64,000 bases of DNA from Nanobdellota archaeon (GCA_022561055.1 JADFRY010000001.1:121262-185261); one strand, 5' to 3'. Counted from the first letter of the stretch, positions 27,761 to 38,275 are shown. Numbers and translations are program-made. Notes: generated by a model from the sequence alone, not told the origin.

Positions 27761-28363
27761 ATGAAAAAAAAAGGCAAGAAAGAAAGTGTAGGTAAGAGAA
27801 GAAATACTAAGAGAGGAATTTGGAAAGAATCCTTGTCTTATTTGAAAGAAACAAGAAATTATATTTTTATAGCGGTTTTTATCTTTTTTATTAGTGCACT
27901 CATTGGTTTTTTATTTTCTTCAGAGTTTACATTTTTTGATCCTATTTTGAGAGAGTTGGCGGGGAAGATTGAGGGATTGAGTTTATTGCAGTTAATGTGG
28001 TTTATTTTTCAAAATAATATTACAAGTGCTTTTATTGTAGTGATTTTTGGAGTTGTTCTCGGAATTTTTCCTGTTATTAATGCGTTGACAAATGGCGTGC
28101 TGTTGGGATATGTTTTTTCAAAAGCTTCTGCCATTGCTGGGTTTTCAGTTATTTGGTTTCTCTTGCCTCACGGAATTTTTGAGCTTCCTGCAATTTTTAT
28201 TGCTCTTGGTTTAGGAATGAATTTTGGCATGTTTATTTTTTCAAAAAATAAGAAGAAGGAATTTGTTAGAAGATTTTATGGTTCTATGAAAGTTTTCTTT
28301 AGTATTGTTTTGCCTTTGTTGATTATTGCTGCGATTATTGAAGGGATTTTAATTACGTTGTGA
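27761..28363 (+). CDS. SpoIIM/DUF95-family membrane protein
   Basis: IFQNN...NGVLLG...LPHGIFELPA...AAIIEG. Confidence 0.9.
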   Translation: MKKKGKKESVGKRRNTKRGIWKESLSYLKETRNYIFIAVFIFFISALIGFLFSSEFTFFDPILRELAGKIEGLSLLQLMWFIFQNNITSAFIVVIFGVVLGIFPVINALTNGVLLGYVFSKASAIAGFSVIWFLLPHGIFELPAIFIALGLGMNFGMFIFSKNKKKEFVRRFYGSMKVFFSIVLPLLIIAAIIEGILITL

Positions 28364-28415
28364 GGCAGGGTTTAGGCGGGTAAGAATTTAAAAACCTCTT
28401 CACGTATAGCTTTTT

Positions 28416-28949
28416 ATGGGCATGGACAGGATTTCAAGCGAGAGCATAGAGGAAATAGATAGTGAAAGAGAGATTGAGAATCTGAGAAAGGTTGAGGCTG
28501 TGCTTTTTATAGCTGGGAGGTTTTTGTCCCTGAAAGAGCTTATAAGTCTTACAGATATTAATCCTATTTTGTTAAGAAAAATTCTTGATGAGTTGAATGA
28601 TAAGTATCAAGATTCTGCTATTGAGATTTCTAAGAGAGATGATATGTGGAAAATGGATGTTGCTGCAGAATATGCAGATATGGTTAATAGGTTGGCAACT
28701 GGTAGTTCTGAGTTTACAAAAGCTGAGCAAGAAACTTTGGCAATTATCGCGTATAAACAGCCGATAAAACAGAGCGTCGTTGTTAAAATCAGGGGTAATA
28801 AAGCGTATGAACATGTTAAGAATTTTGTATCTTTAGGATTAATTAATAAAAAGAGGTTTGGCCATACTGCAGAGTTGACATTAAATGAAAATTTTTATGA
28901 TTATTTTCATCTTAATAAAGATAATCAATTAAATAAAGAAGTGAGGTAA
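28416..28949 (+). CDS. scpB: segregation and condensation protein B
   Basis: VEAVLF...ETLAIIAYKQPI...IRG. Confidence 0.9.
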   Translation: MGMDRISSESIEEIDSEREIENLRKVEAVLFIAGRFLSLKELISLTDINPILLRKILDELNDKYQDSAIEISKRDDMWKMDVAAEYADMVNRLATGSSEFTKAEQETLAIIAYKQPIKQSVVVKIRGNKAYEHVKNFVSLGLINKKRFGHTAELTLNENFYDYFHLNKDNQLNKEVR

Positions 28950-28951
28950 GA

Positions 28952-30175
28952 ATGGGGTTTATAACTACTTTATATATAATTTTGTTTTTCTTTGGTATTT
29001 TCTTTCTTTTGATATTTATTTTAATGCAATATAGGAATAGTAAAGCACTTTATGATTATCCAAAGCCTAAAAGATATCCTACAGTTTCTTTTTTAGTGCC
29101 CGCTTATAATGAGGAGAAGAGTATTGCAGATACGATAAATGCTTTACTCAATATTAAATATCCTAAGGGTAAGAAAGAAATAATTGTTATTAATGATGGT
29201 AGCAAGGATAGAACTGCTGAGATTGTTAGGAAGTTGGAAAAAAAGTACAAAGAGATCTATTTATTAAACAAAAAAAATTCTGGAAAGGCTAATTCATTGA
29301 ATCAGGCGATAAAATTAGCAAAGGGTGAATTGATTGCAGTTGTTGACGCTGATTCTTATCCTAATAAAAATGCTTTAATTAGAATGGTTGGATATTTTGA
29401 AGATGAAAATGTTGGGGCCGTGACTTCTAGGGTTTTAGTTAAGAATAAGAAAAATTGGATAGAAAGGTACCAAGTTTTAGATTATTCGATAATTGCTTGG
29501 ACACGAAAGCTATTAGATTTTGTTAATTCTGTTTATGTTACGAATGGTCCATTGAGCATATATAGAAAGGATATTGTTGTCGAGATTGGCGGTTTTGATC
29601 CTAAGAATTTGACAGAAGATATTGAAATTACATGGAATATTTTGAGTCATGATTATGATACGAGAATGTCTTATTCTGCTATTGTTTATACTATTGTCCC
29701 CAGTGATTTTAAGATGTGGGTAAAGCAAAGAGTTAGATGGAATTTGGGAGGATTACAAACAATTTACAAGTATTGGAGGCACATGTTTAGGAGACGGGAA
29801 TTTGGATATTTTGTCATACCATATGTTGCAGCTTCGTTTATGTTTGCAATTATAGGTTTCTTATTGATTTTAAGATATGCTTGGATTAAAGGCTCGTATT
29901 ATTATTATTCTATTTATTATTATTTTTTAGGTTATGATTTCTTTCGATATATTGAATTTAATTTCACTCTCACTCTCTTGTTCTTTTTTGCAATGACATT
30001 CCTTGTTTTTGCTATTTATTATTATAAGACTGGCTTTAAGCATTCTGAAACTGGAAGGAAAAGTGTTTTAAAGATTCTGGCTTATTCATTTTTTTATAGA
30101 TCACTTTATATTGTTCCATTACTCATAGCTTGGTATAAGCTAGCGAGAGGAGATATAAGATGGTACACAAAATAG
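28952..30175 (+). CDS. processive GT2 glycosyltransferase (IcaA/cellulose-synthase-like)
   Basis: DGS, DAD, TED and QRVRW motifs plus TM helices. Confidence 0.9.
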   Translation: MGFITTLYIILFFFGIFFLLIFILMQYRNSKALYDYPKPKRYPTVSFLVPAYNEEKSIADTINALLNIKYPKGKKEIIVINDGSKDRTAEIVRKLEKKYKEIYLLNKKNSGKANSLNQAIKLAKGELIAVVDADSYPNKNALIRMVGYFEDENVGAVTSRVLVKNKKNWIERYQVLDYSIIAWTRKLLDFVNSVYVTNGPLSIYRKDIVVEIGGFDPKNLTEDIEITWNILSHDYDTRMSYSAIVYTIVPSDFKMWVKQRVRWNLGGLQTIYKYWRHMFRRREFGYFVIPYVAASFMFAIIGFLLILRYAWIKGSYYYYSIYYYFLGYDFFRYIEFNFTLTLLFFFAMTFLVFAIYYYKTGFKHSETGRKSVLKILAYSFFYRSLYIVPLLIAWYKLARGDIRWYTK

Positions 30176-30831
30176 TTGATAATAGGTATAGGATATTTGT
30201 AGAGTCTCTCCTTATTACTTTTATCATATTTATAATAGGTTTTTCAGTTGGGTTTTTTGTTGAGTCTTATAGGACCGATAAGATAATAGATAGTTATAGA
30301 GATTATGAAGTTGAGGCTTTAGATTTGAAATTGCAAAATTATTATTATCAAATAATGAGTAGAAGTTCTTGTGATGTGGCGATTGAGCAGAATTTTATTT
30401 TTGCAGACAAACTTTACAATGATGGATTAATTATTGAAAGATATGAAGAAGCGAGCCAGATTACAGATAATGTGGAAAGGGAGAAGAAGAGGTATGTTTT
30501 GCTTAAGACAGAGCTTTGGCTTAATACTCTATTATTAAAAGAAAAATGTGATAATCCTTTCGATACAATTGTTTATTTTTATACGAATGACCCGAGTAAT
30601 AATATAGTGCTTTCTCAGCAAAAGATAATTTCTAATGTTCTTAAAGATATTAAGGAAGATAAAGGGAATTCTGTTATTTTATTGCCGATAGCAGGGGATT
30701 TGGGTTTGGAATCTGTTGATTTGCAAATGAGGATTTATAATGTAACTTCTTTGCCTTCTATTCTTATTAATGAAGAGATATTACTTGAAGGTTTCCATAC
30801 TGTTGAAGAGATCGAATCTTATCTGAGATAA
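30160..30831 (+). CDS. membrane-anchored protein with C-terminal thioredoxin-like fold
   Basis: N-terminal TM; YNVTSLPSILIN..GF ending. Confidence 0.6.
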   Translation: MVHKIVDNRYRIFVESLLITFIIFIIGFSVGFFVESYRTDKIIDSYRDYEVEALDLKLQNYYYQIMSRSSCDVAIEQNFIFADKLYNDGLIIERYEEASQITDNVEREKKRYVLLKTELWLNTLLLKEKCDNPFDTIVYFYTNDPSNNIVLSQQKIISNVLKDIKEDKGNSVILLPIAGDLGLESVDLQMRIYNVTSLPSILINEEILLEGFHTVEEIESYLR

Positions 30832-30905
30832 TAACTTTTGAGGAGCTGGAGAAGGTTATTTTCCAGAGCAATAATTAATATAAATCGGAGTTTGTTGTTT
30901 TTGGT

Positions 30906-31505
30906 ATGGATTTTAGAGAAAGATTAGTAGAAGTAATCAGAGAAGGAGAAATTGTGAAGATGTCCGAGTCAGAGGCAATGGAGGAAGACCTTTTTATTTT
31001 GAGAAGAGTAATTGAGCCTGTTGTTGAGGAGAAGGAATTTACTTTAAATTCTTCTAAAGCAACAATTGACTTAACTAAAAAATATTCAAGGCCGGTTATT
31101 TCGTTTGAGAGTTGGAGAAGCAGAAAATTTGAATACGAGAAAAATAATGTTATTAAAGAGTTGGTAGATAATTTTCATTGGGTAGTTATTAGGGCGCGAA
31201 GGAATATTAACCTGACTAGGAAGAAGCTTGCTAGTGCTATTGGGGTGCCTGAGGACGAGCTTAAAATAGTAGAGTTTGGAGGACTTCCGAGGGATGATTT
31301 TGTTTTGATTAATAAAATTGAAAATAGATTGGGGATTAATTTAAGAAAAGAAAAAAAGAAAGATGAGATTACTCTTGCCGAGCTTCAAAAAATGGATGAG
31401 AGGAAGATTCGGGAAGAGATAGAGAAGACTCATTTGAAAGAGGCTAAGCTAGAAGAAGAGAGAGAAAGGATTTCTGGGAGTGATATAGAAATTTTAGAAG
31501 ACTAA
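30906..31505 (+). CDS. HTH protein, archaeal MBF1-like
   Basis: ELVDNF...RARRNINLTRKKLA...KIENRLGINL. Confidence 0.65.
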   Translation: MDFRERLVEVIREGEIVKMSESEAMEEDLFILRRVIEPVVEEKEFTLNSSKATIDLTKKYSRPVISFESWRSRKFEYEKNNVIKELVDNFHWVVIRARRNINLTRKKLASAIGVPEDELKIVEFGGLPRDDFVLINKIENRLGINLRKEKKKDEITLAELQKMDERKIREEIEKTHLKEAKLEEERERISGSDIEILED

Positions 31506-31575
31506 AAGATTGATTTTCAATATAATTTTTGAGTTGCATATATGTTTTTATATGGGTTTTTATTGATAAACCTCA

Positions 31576-32100
31576 ATGGGTGATAGAATTAGCTTTGAGG
31601 AAGGATTGCAACAAAAACTTGGATGTGCCATTATAGTTGCTGGTTCTGGAAGTGATAAGAGCCATATTGAGAAGATTGTAGATTCTTTGAAGGAATATAC
31701 TGTTCCTTTTGATGTGAGAGTTTGTTCTGTGCACAAACAGTTGGAGCAGACTAGGGATATTGTTGAATATTTGGTTAGCATTGATGCTCCTCTTGCAATT
31801 GTTGCTGTTGCCGGTGGTACAGATGGTTTGTCTGGCACATTAGCATATCAGGTTTTTAACCATCCCACTATTAGTTGTCCTCCTGATGGGATAGATAACA
31901 GGAGCGTCTTAACGAATCCTCCTGGTAGCTCTAATTCTACTATTTATAAGCCAAGAAATGTAGGAAGATATGTTGCTCAGATGTTTGCTCATCTTAATCT
32001 TGAATATGCCAGGATATTACTTGAAAAAAACGAGGAGAAAGACGCGAGCCTTGGGCGCGATGATAGAGAGATACAAGATTGGGCAAAGGGGATTAAATGA
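31576..32100 (+). CDS. purE: AIR carboxylase, class II-like
   Basis: GSGSD, SVHK, AVAG and PTISCPP motifs. Confidence 0.85.
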   Translation: MGDRISFEEGLQQKLGCAIIVAGSGSDKSHIEKIVDSLKEYTVPFDVRVCSVHKQLEQTRDIVEYLVSIDAPLAIVAVAGGTDGLSGTLAYQVFNHPTISCPPDGIDNRSVLTNPPGSSNSTIYKPRNVGRYVAQMFAHLNLEYARILLEKNEEKDASLGRDDREIQDWAKGIK

Positions 32101-32128
32101 GTAGTTTGTTAGAGGTTGCAGAGGGAAA

Positions 32129-32851
32129 ATGACAATAAGAAATTTGATAGGTGGAGTAGAGGATTTGATACCTGTCAATAATGTGTTGATTAGTGTTTAT
32201 GATAAAACGGGTCTTGATCGTCTAATTCCTGGACTCGTCGAGTTAAATCCCGGAGTTAGGTTTTTATTGACTGGTGGGACACATAGAGTTGTTGGAAAAA
32301 TTCTAGAAGGTTTACGCTTAAACGGATGGGAACTTATTGAGGAGATATCTGAATATACTGGTTTTCCTGAAATGGAAGGAGGGCTAGTTAAAACACTTCA
32401 TCCGAAAATACATGCGGGTTTGTTAGCTGAAAGAAATAATCCAGATCACCGAAGATTTTTAGAAGAAGAATTATGTGGAGGTGTATTTATTGATGTGGCT
32501 GTTGTGAATTTATATCCTTTTTCTGAGGTTGTTAGTTCTGGAGATGTTGATTTTGAGAGAGCTAGAGGCCATATTGATATAGGGGGGCCTGCCATGATTA
32601 GGGCTGCTGCGAAGAATTTTCCGAGCTGTGCTGCTGTTTGTGATCCCAGGGATTATTCAGATTTTCTTATGCATTTGATTAGTAATACGGGGGCAACTTC
32701 ATTTATTCAAAGAGTTGGTTTGGCAGGGAAAGCTTTTGAAATGACTGCAAGGTATGATAGAGAGATTGCAAATTATTTTGCAAAAAATAATATCAGAGCT
32801 GAAGAGGATATTAGAAGGGAATATGGTTTTGCAGATGGAGGAGATGATTAG
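32129..32851 (+). CDS. purH: IMP cyclohydrolase (PurH N-terminal half)
   Basis: LISVYDKTG, TGGT, VKTLHP, NLYPF, IDIGGP. Confidence 0.9.
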   Translation: MTIRNLIGGVEDLIPVNNVLISVYDKTGLDRLIPGLVELNPGVRFLLTGGTHRVVGKILEGLRLNGWELIEEISEYTGFPEMEGGLVKTLHPKIHAGLLAERNNPDHRRFLEEELCGGVFIDVAVVNLYPFSEVVSSGDVDFERARGHIDIGGPAMIRAAAKNFPSCAAVCDPRDYSDFLMHLISNTGATSFIQRVGLAGKAFEMTARYDREIANYFAKNNIRAEEDIRREYGFADGGDD

Positions 32852-33943
32852 ATGGCTCTAGATAGATCTAGGAGAGATCAATATAAAACAAAAGTTGTTG
32901 AAGGGTTTCCAGATAAAATTGTAATGCCTAGGTTTACTAAACAATTGTCTTTAAGGTATGGACAGAACCCTGGAAGTCCCGCCGCCTTTTATATTGAAGA
33001 AGGAGCAACTGGTCCTAACATGGCTAACTTTGATGTTTTGCAAGAAGGCAAAGGCCTTGGTTTTATTAATGTAGGGGATATGGATTTAGGGCAGAGAGTC
33101 GTTAAAACATTGCACGATATTTATACTGGTAATGGAGGTGGTGTGGCTTGTTGCATTGTTAAACATGAAATGCCTTCTGGTGTCGCTTTAGGAAAAGATG
33201 CGTATGATGCATTCAATAAAGCTTGGGGAAGTGACCCCTTGTCTTCATTTGGTGGAGTTCATGTATTTTCTGCAGGTGTTGATGATGGACTTGCTAGACT
33301 TTTAGTTGAAAGGGAGAGGAATGCAGAAGTTGTTTATGCCCCGGCTTTTACAGAAGATGCTTTAGTTGTTTTAACCGAGAGGAAGTCTTTGAGAGTTGTT
33401 CAAATGTCAGATATTACCGAGGACGCAATAGATAATGGGATTGAATATAAGAGAGTTTCCGGAGGCTTATTGGTTGAAAAAAGATTTAGTACGAGAATAA
33501 GATCTTGGGAAGATGTCAGATGTATTTCTGAAAGAGAACCTACAGAAGAGGAGATGAAGGCGGCTATTTTTAATTGGATTGTTGCTTCATATACAAGATC
33601 AAATGCTGTGGTGATTGGAACAGGTGATAAAACACATGGCATTGGTTCTGGTCAGAGAAGTAGGATAGATGCGGCAGAACAAGCAATTCATTTTGCTAAT
33701 GGTCGGGGAGGTAAGAATGAATCTTATGGATCTAAAGGTACTTTCATGGCGTCTGATGCTTATATGCCCCAGACAGATGTTGTCGAAGCTGCGGCAGAAG
33801 CAGGGGTTACTGGAATCATATTTCCTCTAGGATCTATTAGGGATCAGGAAGTCATTGATGCAGGAAATGAACGAGGTCTTGCTTTAATTGCGACCGGTGC
33901 TCCCGGAGAAACAAGTGACGAGAGGTGTTTTTTTCATAGATAA
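32852..33943 (+). CDS. purH: AICAR transformylase (PurH C-terminal half)
   Basis: LRYGQNP, VKH, SSFGG, SNA, GQRSR, ASDA, GSIRD, RCFFH. Confidence 0.9.
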   Translation: MALDRSRRDQYKTKVVEGFPDKIVMPRFTKQLSLRYGQNPGSPAAFYIEEGATGPNMANFDVLQEGKGLGFINVGDMDLGQRVVKTLHDIYTGNGGGVACCIVKHEMPSGVALGKDAYDAFNKAWGSDPLSSFGGVHVFSAGVDDGLARLLVERERNAEVVYAPAFTEDALVVLTERKSLRVVQMSDITEDAIDNGIEYKRVSGGLLVEKRFSTRIRSWEDVRCISEREPTEEEMKAAIFNWIVASYTRSNAVVIGTGDKTHGIGSGQRSRIDAAEQAIHFANGRGGKNESYGSKGTFMASDAYMPQTDVVEAAAEAGVTGIIFPLGSIRDQEVIDAGNERGLALIATGAPGETSDERCFFHR

Positions 33944-33944
33944 G

Positions 33945-35027
33945 ATGGGAAGTGTGAAAGATTTAACGATAACAACTGAACCGACAGAGGCATACTTTGG
34001 AGAGGGTATTTTTGAGTTCTCAGATAGGTTTTCTGTGTTTGATTGGGGTGCCATGCCTGATGAGATTCCACATAAGGGTGCTGCTTTGTGTATGATGGCT
34101 GCCTGGAACTTTGAGGAACTTGAGAAGAGAGGAATTCCTACTCATTATTTCGGCGTTGAGAGTGGTTGGCAAGGGGCGATAACAACGGAGGATCTTGATA
34201 AACCAAGTGACGCTATGGTTGTTATGATAGCTAATGTTTATAGGCCTGAATTTATTGATGGAAAATGGAATTATGATCGTTTTGGTGGAATTAAGGGAAG
34301 GTCTGGAAATTTTGTTGTTCCGCTGGAAGTTATTTATAGAAATGGTGCTCCCAAGGGTAGTTCGTTATTTAGGAAAATAGATAAGTTTAGGGATAAGGGT
34401 GATGAAGAAGGGTTAGAAAAACTTCTGACTAGCCTTGGATTGTCTGATGTTCCAGAACCAGGAGATATGTTTCCAGAGAGGGTTTATGATTTTACAACTA
34501 AGTTTGAGAAGATTGATAGGCCTGTTAGTGATAAAGAAGCTTTTTATATGTCTGGATTGACAGAAGATCAATTTGAAAGATTAATAGGGATGAGAAGAAG
34601 TGTTGCTGATTTTATTGGATCGAGGGCTGGGGAAGTAGGACTTGTTGATTATGATGGGAAGTTTGAATTTATTATTGACGATGGAGAAATAAGGCTTGCT
34701 GATGTTGCTGGAACTCCCGATGAGAATAGATTTATGTTAAATGGGAGACAAGTGAGTAAAGAATTTTTAAGACAAGTGTACAAAAGCACACAACCAGCCT
34801 GGTATGTCGCTGTTGAACGAGCGAAAGAGGAAGCTGAAAGTCGTGGAATAAAAAACTGGAAATCTCTTGTTAGTAGTCAGCCAGCTCATCTGGATCCTCG
34901 GCTTGTTGAACTGGTTGGTGAGATGTATGCGTCTGTTTCTGATAGATATACTGGTTTAAATTTATTTGATGTTAGACCTTTAGAAGAAGTTATGGATGAT
35001 TTAGAGCCTTTTAGGGCTGTTGCGTGA
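33945..35027 (+). CDS. purC: SAICAR synthetase (long archaeal-type)
   Basis: MGSVKDL, FSDRFSVFDWG, DGKFEF, GTPDENRF, SKEFLRQ. Confidence 0.95.
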   Translation: MGSVKDLTITTEPTEAYFGEGIFEFSDRFSVFDWGAMPDEIPHKGAALCMMAAWNFEELEKRGIPTHYFGVESGWQGAITTEDLDKPSDAMVVMIANVYRPEFIDGKWNYDRFGGIKGRSGNFVVPLEVIYRNGAPKGSSLFRKIDKFRDKGDEEGLEKLLTSLGLSDVPEPGDMFPERVYDFTTKFEKIDRPVSDKEAFYMSGLTEDQFERLIGMRRSVADFIGSRAGEVGLVDYDGKFEFIIDDGEIRLADVAGTPDENRFMLNGRQVSKEFLRQVYKSTQPAWYVAVERAKEEAESRGIKNWKSLVSSQPAHLDPRLVELVGEMYASVSDRYTGLNLFDVRPLEEVMDDLEPFRAVA

Positions 35028-36490
35028 AAATGGTAAAAGATAATCTTAATTTAGTTAGTAAATTAAGTTCCGAAGAAGAAGCTGAATTGCGTTTTGCTTT
35101 GGAATGTATTTCTCCTGATGATGCAAAATATAGGAAGGCAACTAAGCCAATTCGAAAAGCAATTGGACCGAGAGCAGAATGGGAAGGATGTTTTAATCTT
35201 CAATATCTCTTATTAGAGACAAGAGCAAAATTTGGGAAAGCCGATAGAAAACATGTTAAAGAAGTTAGATTAATTCTTGATAGAGTTGATTCTCTTAATG
35301 CAAGTTTGTTGGAAGAAGAAGTAACGAGGCATGATCAACAAGCTGTTCTAGCTGAAATAGGTAGGTTTGTTACAATAGCAACGAGAGCTCTTCTACATCC
35401 TGGAGTAACCTCTTATGATATTTTGGATACGGTTAGATCTTCTTTGTTTAAGAAAGCTTGGTTTGATGTTATGAGGCCTAAGATTGGAGAAGTTGCTGAG
35501 CAGTTTTGTGATTTTGCTGAAGATACTATAGACGTAATTCAGGTCGGGAGGACGCATATACAGGATACCTCGCCAGTTCCTTTTGGTGTTACAATGGCTG
35601 GATATGCGAGAAGAATTTCAGAAAGAGCTGAGTATCTTGATAGAGCGTTTGATGATTTAAGAGGCAAGGTTAGAGGAATGGTTGGTACTGGTGCAAGCAT
35701 TGAAATGATTGTTGGGAAAGGTAGAGCTTCAGATTTTGAAAAAGCAGTACTTGGTAAACTAGGATTAAAGCCAGATTTAACTGCAACACAAGTTACCCAA
35801 AAAGAACGATTGGTTGATGTTGGGCATGGTTTAGTAACATTGGCTTCTGTTTTAGGAGATTTTGCAGGCGATGTAAGGCTTTTGTATTCTTCTGCAATAA
35901 GAGAGCTCGTAAGCAGTGATAGTTCTAAAATTCTTGGAGGCTCAAGTGCTGATGCAGCAAAAGATAATCCAATTAATTATGAAAATATGGAAGGCAAAGT
36001 GCCAGTGATTGAGTCTGGAATGAGAGTATTATATTCTATGATTTCTACAGATTTACAAAGAGATTTGAGAAGCTCTGTACAAGGAAGATATCAACCTCAG
36101 CAAATGATGGCACAAGTGTATGAGATGTTTGTAAGAATGAATAAAGCAATGAAAACTCTTTGTGTTAATAAAGATAAAATGAGCAATAATTTAATTTCTG
36201 TAAGGGAATTTCCGAGTGAAGCAATGGTTGCTATTTTGAGAGGAGAAGGATGGATGCATCCAGATTATGGAGATGGTCATGATTTTGTTAAGAATATATC
36301 TCAAAAAGCTAAAGCAAATCGACAAAAACTTTTAGGTGTTGCATTAACAGATGAGAGGTTTAAGTCTCTTTATGAAACTCTTCCTCAAGAAAAGCAGCGC
36401 ATTTTACAAGGAGAAATGGAATTATATGTGGGAGATTCTCCTGAAAGAGCACGAGATAATATTACATATGCAAGAAAAGTATTTGAATAG
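35024..36490 (+). CDS. purB: adenylosuccinate lyase (divergent)
   Basis: TRHD, HPGVTSYD, GRTHIQ, GSSADAAKDNP, QRDL. Confidence 0.85.
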   Translation: MKMVKDNLNLVSKLSSEEEAELRFALECISPDDAKYRKATKPIRKAIGPRAEWEGCFNLQYLLLETRAKFGKADRKHVKEVRLILDRVDSLNASLLEEEVTRHDQQAVLAEIGRFVTIATRALLHPGVTSYDILDTVRSSLFKKAWFDVMRPKIGEVAEQFCDFAEDTIDVIQVGRTHIQDTSPVPFGVTMAGYARRISERAEYLDRAFDDLRGKVRGMVGTGASIEMIVGKGRASDFEKAVLGKLGLKPDLTATQVTQKERLVDVGHGLVTLASVLGDFAGDVRLLYSSAIRELVSSDSSKILGGSSADAAKDNPINYENMEGKVPVIESGMRVLYSMISTDLQRDLRSSVQGRYQPQQMMAQVYEMFVRMNKAMKTLCVNKDKMSNNLISVREFPSEAMVAILRGEGWMHPDYGDGHDFVKNISQKAKANRQKLLGVALTDERFKSLYETLPQEKQRILQGEMELYVGDSPERARDNITYARKVFE

Positions 36491-36533
36491 AGATTAGCAA
36501 ACCTTTAAAAACACTCTTTATTATTTTTGGAGT

Positions 36534-36791
36534 ATGGAAGTAGAGATTATTAATTCAGAAAAAAATGATTTTGATATTAGGATAGATAATTTAACTGTAG
36601 CTGAGATTTTGCGTGTTTATTTAAATGAGCAAGGAATAAAGTTTGCTGCTTGGCGAAGAGAGCATTATTCAAAACCAATTATTTTTAAAATTCAGACTTC
36701 TGGAAAAACAGTCAAGAGAGCTGTAAGTGAGGCTGTTGCAGCTATTAAAAAAGATAGTGATGCGATTATTAAGGGTTTGAAGAAAAAATAA
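36534..36791 (+). CDS. rpoL: RNA polymerase subunit L (Rpo11)
   Basis: NLTVAEILRVYL..FAAWRREH. Confidence 0.8.
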   Translation: MEVEIINSEKNDFDIRIDNLTVAEILRVYLNEQGIKFAAWRREHYSKPIIFKIQTSGKTVKRAVSEAVAAIKKDSDAIIKGLKKK

Positions 36792-37019
36792 TATCAACTC
36801 AACCATGTAGTTCTCATTGATTATATTAATTACTAAACTACATAACCTCGCCTAACCCTTTGTTATCATCTAATACTTGAGATCTTGAGATATTATTAAT
36901 GATTAATCATGTTTTTATTATAATTTTTTATTTATTATTTAAAATCTAAACATATAATTGAAAAGAACTAAACGTTAGATTTATTAATCCTTTTTCTTTT
37001 GTAGGTAAGGAGGTGGAAA

Positions 37020-37217
37020 ATGAAATGTAATTGTAAGTGGTGTACTAGTATTATGGCTATAGTGATATTAGTATTTCTATTCTGGCAGACAGTAGCTTCT
37101 ACATGGATAATTGCAATTGCTGCGATTTTATTGTTGGTTCATGCATGGGTTTGCAAAAATTGTGGTATTTGTTCTCCAGAGATGGCAGCCAAGCCAGCAG
37201 GGAAGAAAAAAAGATAG
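37020..37217 (+). CDS. small 2-TM Cys-rich protein
   Basis: strong GGAGGTG SD; CNCKWC, CKNCGIC, basic tail. Confidence 0.75.
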   Translation: MKCNCKWCTSIMAIVILVFLFWQTVASTWIIAIAAILLLVHAWVCKNCGICSPEMAAKPAGKKKR

Positions 37218-37269
37218 TTGTATTTATTAACAGTTTTCTTATTTTTCATGTTTGGAAAAGGAGGTGACA

Positions 37270-37482
37270 ATGCTAAATAGAACTTGGAAAATCGTGTTAC
37301 TGGTGATTGCACTGGTGTTTGTGATTTGGCCTGGCTTGCTTTTTAATACAGCAACAAATTGGATAGCCTTGATTGCAATAGTAATCTTGTTGCTTGGCGA
37401 ATTTACATGCAAGAGTTGTGGCCCATCTATGTCGACTACATCGGCTAAGTCAGCTAGAAGGTCGGCTCGAAGAAGCAGATAA
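37270..37482 (+). CDS. small 2-TM CxxC protein, paralog of 37020
   Basis: GGAGGTGA SD; CKSC and Arg-rich tail. Confidence 0.75.
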   Translation: MLNRTWKIVLLVIALVFVIWPGLLFNTATNWIALIAIVILLLGEFTCKSCGPSMSTTSAKSARRSARRSR

Positions 37483-37536
37483 TTAATTAATTTTGATTAT
37501 AATCATTTTTATATATTATTGATAATTTGTTTATTT

Positions 37537-38250
37537 ATGACTAAAATATCCGCGGGAAGTTATGATTTGAATAAGTGGCTTCATGGCGGCTATGATACTG
37601 ATATTATAACTACTATTTATGGCGGGGCCGGAACTGGGAAAACGAATTTTTGCTTGCTTGCCGCAGTGAGCCTGGCTAAAAAAGGAAAAAAGATAATTTT
37701 CATCGATACCGAGGGAGGTTTTTCTTCTGAGAGAGTTAAACAAATACTTGGAAAAGAAAGTGAAAACTATGAAAATGTTTTGAAAAATATTCTTGTTTTG
37801 AAACCGACTAATTTTAGTGAGCAGAAAGATGCTTTCAAGCAATTGTTTAAACATTTGAAGAAGCAGGTTTCTTTGATTATCATTGATGGTATGACGATGC
37901 TTTATAGATTGGATTTTGCAGATGCGCGGGAGAATAAAGTTAATGGAGGGGAAAGCCTGGAAGGCATACAAAAAGTTAATGCGGAGTTGACGAGACAAAT
38001 GAGGATTTTGGCGGAAATTGCAAGGAAGCAAGATATTCCTGTTGTTGTTACGAATCAAGTTTACAATTGGGAGAACGAGAGTAAAATGGTTGGAGGAGAT
38101 ATTTTGAAATATTGGAGTAAATGCTTAATTGAGGTTGTTAATGATGGAGGCAAGCGAACAGTTTATTTGAGAAAGCATAGGAGTTTGCCGGAAAAGAGTT
38201 TAAGTTTTCAGATAACAAATGAAGGAATTAAGAAGAAGGGTTGGATTTAA
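37537..38250 (+). CDS. radB: DNA repair and recombination protein RadB
   Basis: GGAGTGKT, IDTEGG, VTNQV, KHRS motifs. Confidence 0.9.
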   Translation: MTKISAGSYDLNKWLHGGYDTDIITTIYGGAGTGKTNFCLLAAVSLAKKGKKIIFIDTEGGFSSERVKQILGKESENYENVLKNILVLKPTNFSEQKDAFKQLFKHLKKQVSLIIIDGMTMLYRLDFADARENKVNGGESLEGIQKVNAELTRQMRILAEIARKQDIPVVVTNQVYNWENESKMVGGDILKYWSKCLIEVVNDGGKRTVYLRKHRSLPEKSLSFQITNEGIKKKGWI

Positions 38251-38254
38251 ATTA

Positions 38255-38275
38255 GTGAGAGATTATTGAGGAGAG
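38255..38275 (+). repeat. 21-bp direct repeat, left copy (right copy 43482-43502)
   Basis: GTGAGAGATTATTGAG(G/A)AGAG, one mismatch between copies. Confidence 0.7.

Noticed and set aside
28416..28949. scpB without adjacent scpA/smc
   Set aside because: Dispersal of these genes is common in archaea; not informative from this window alone
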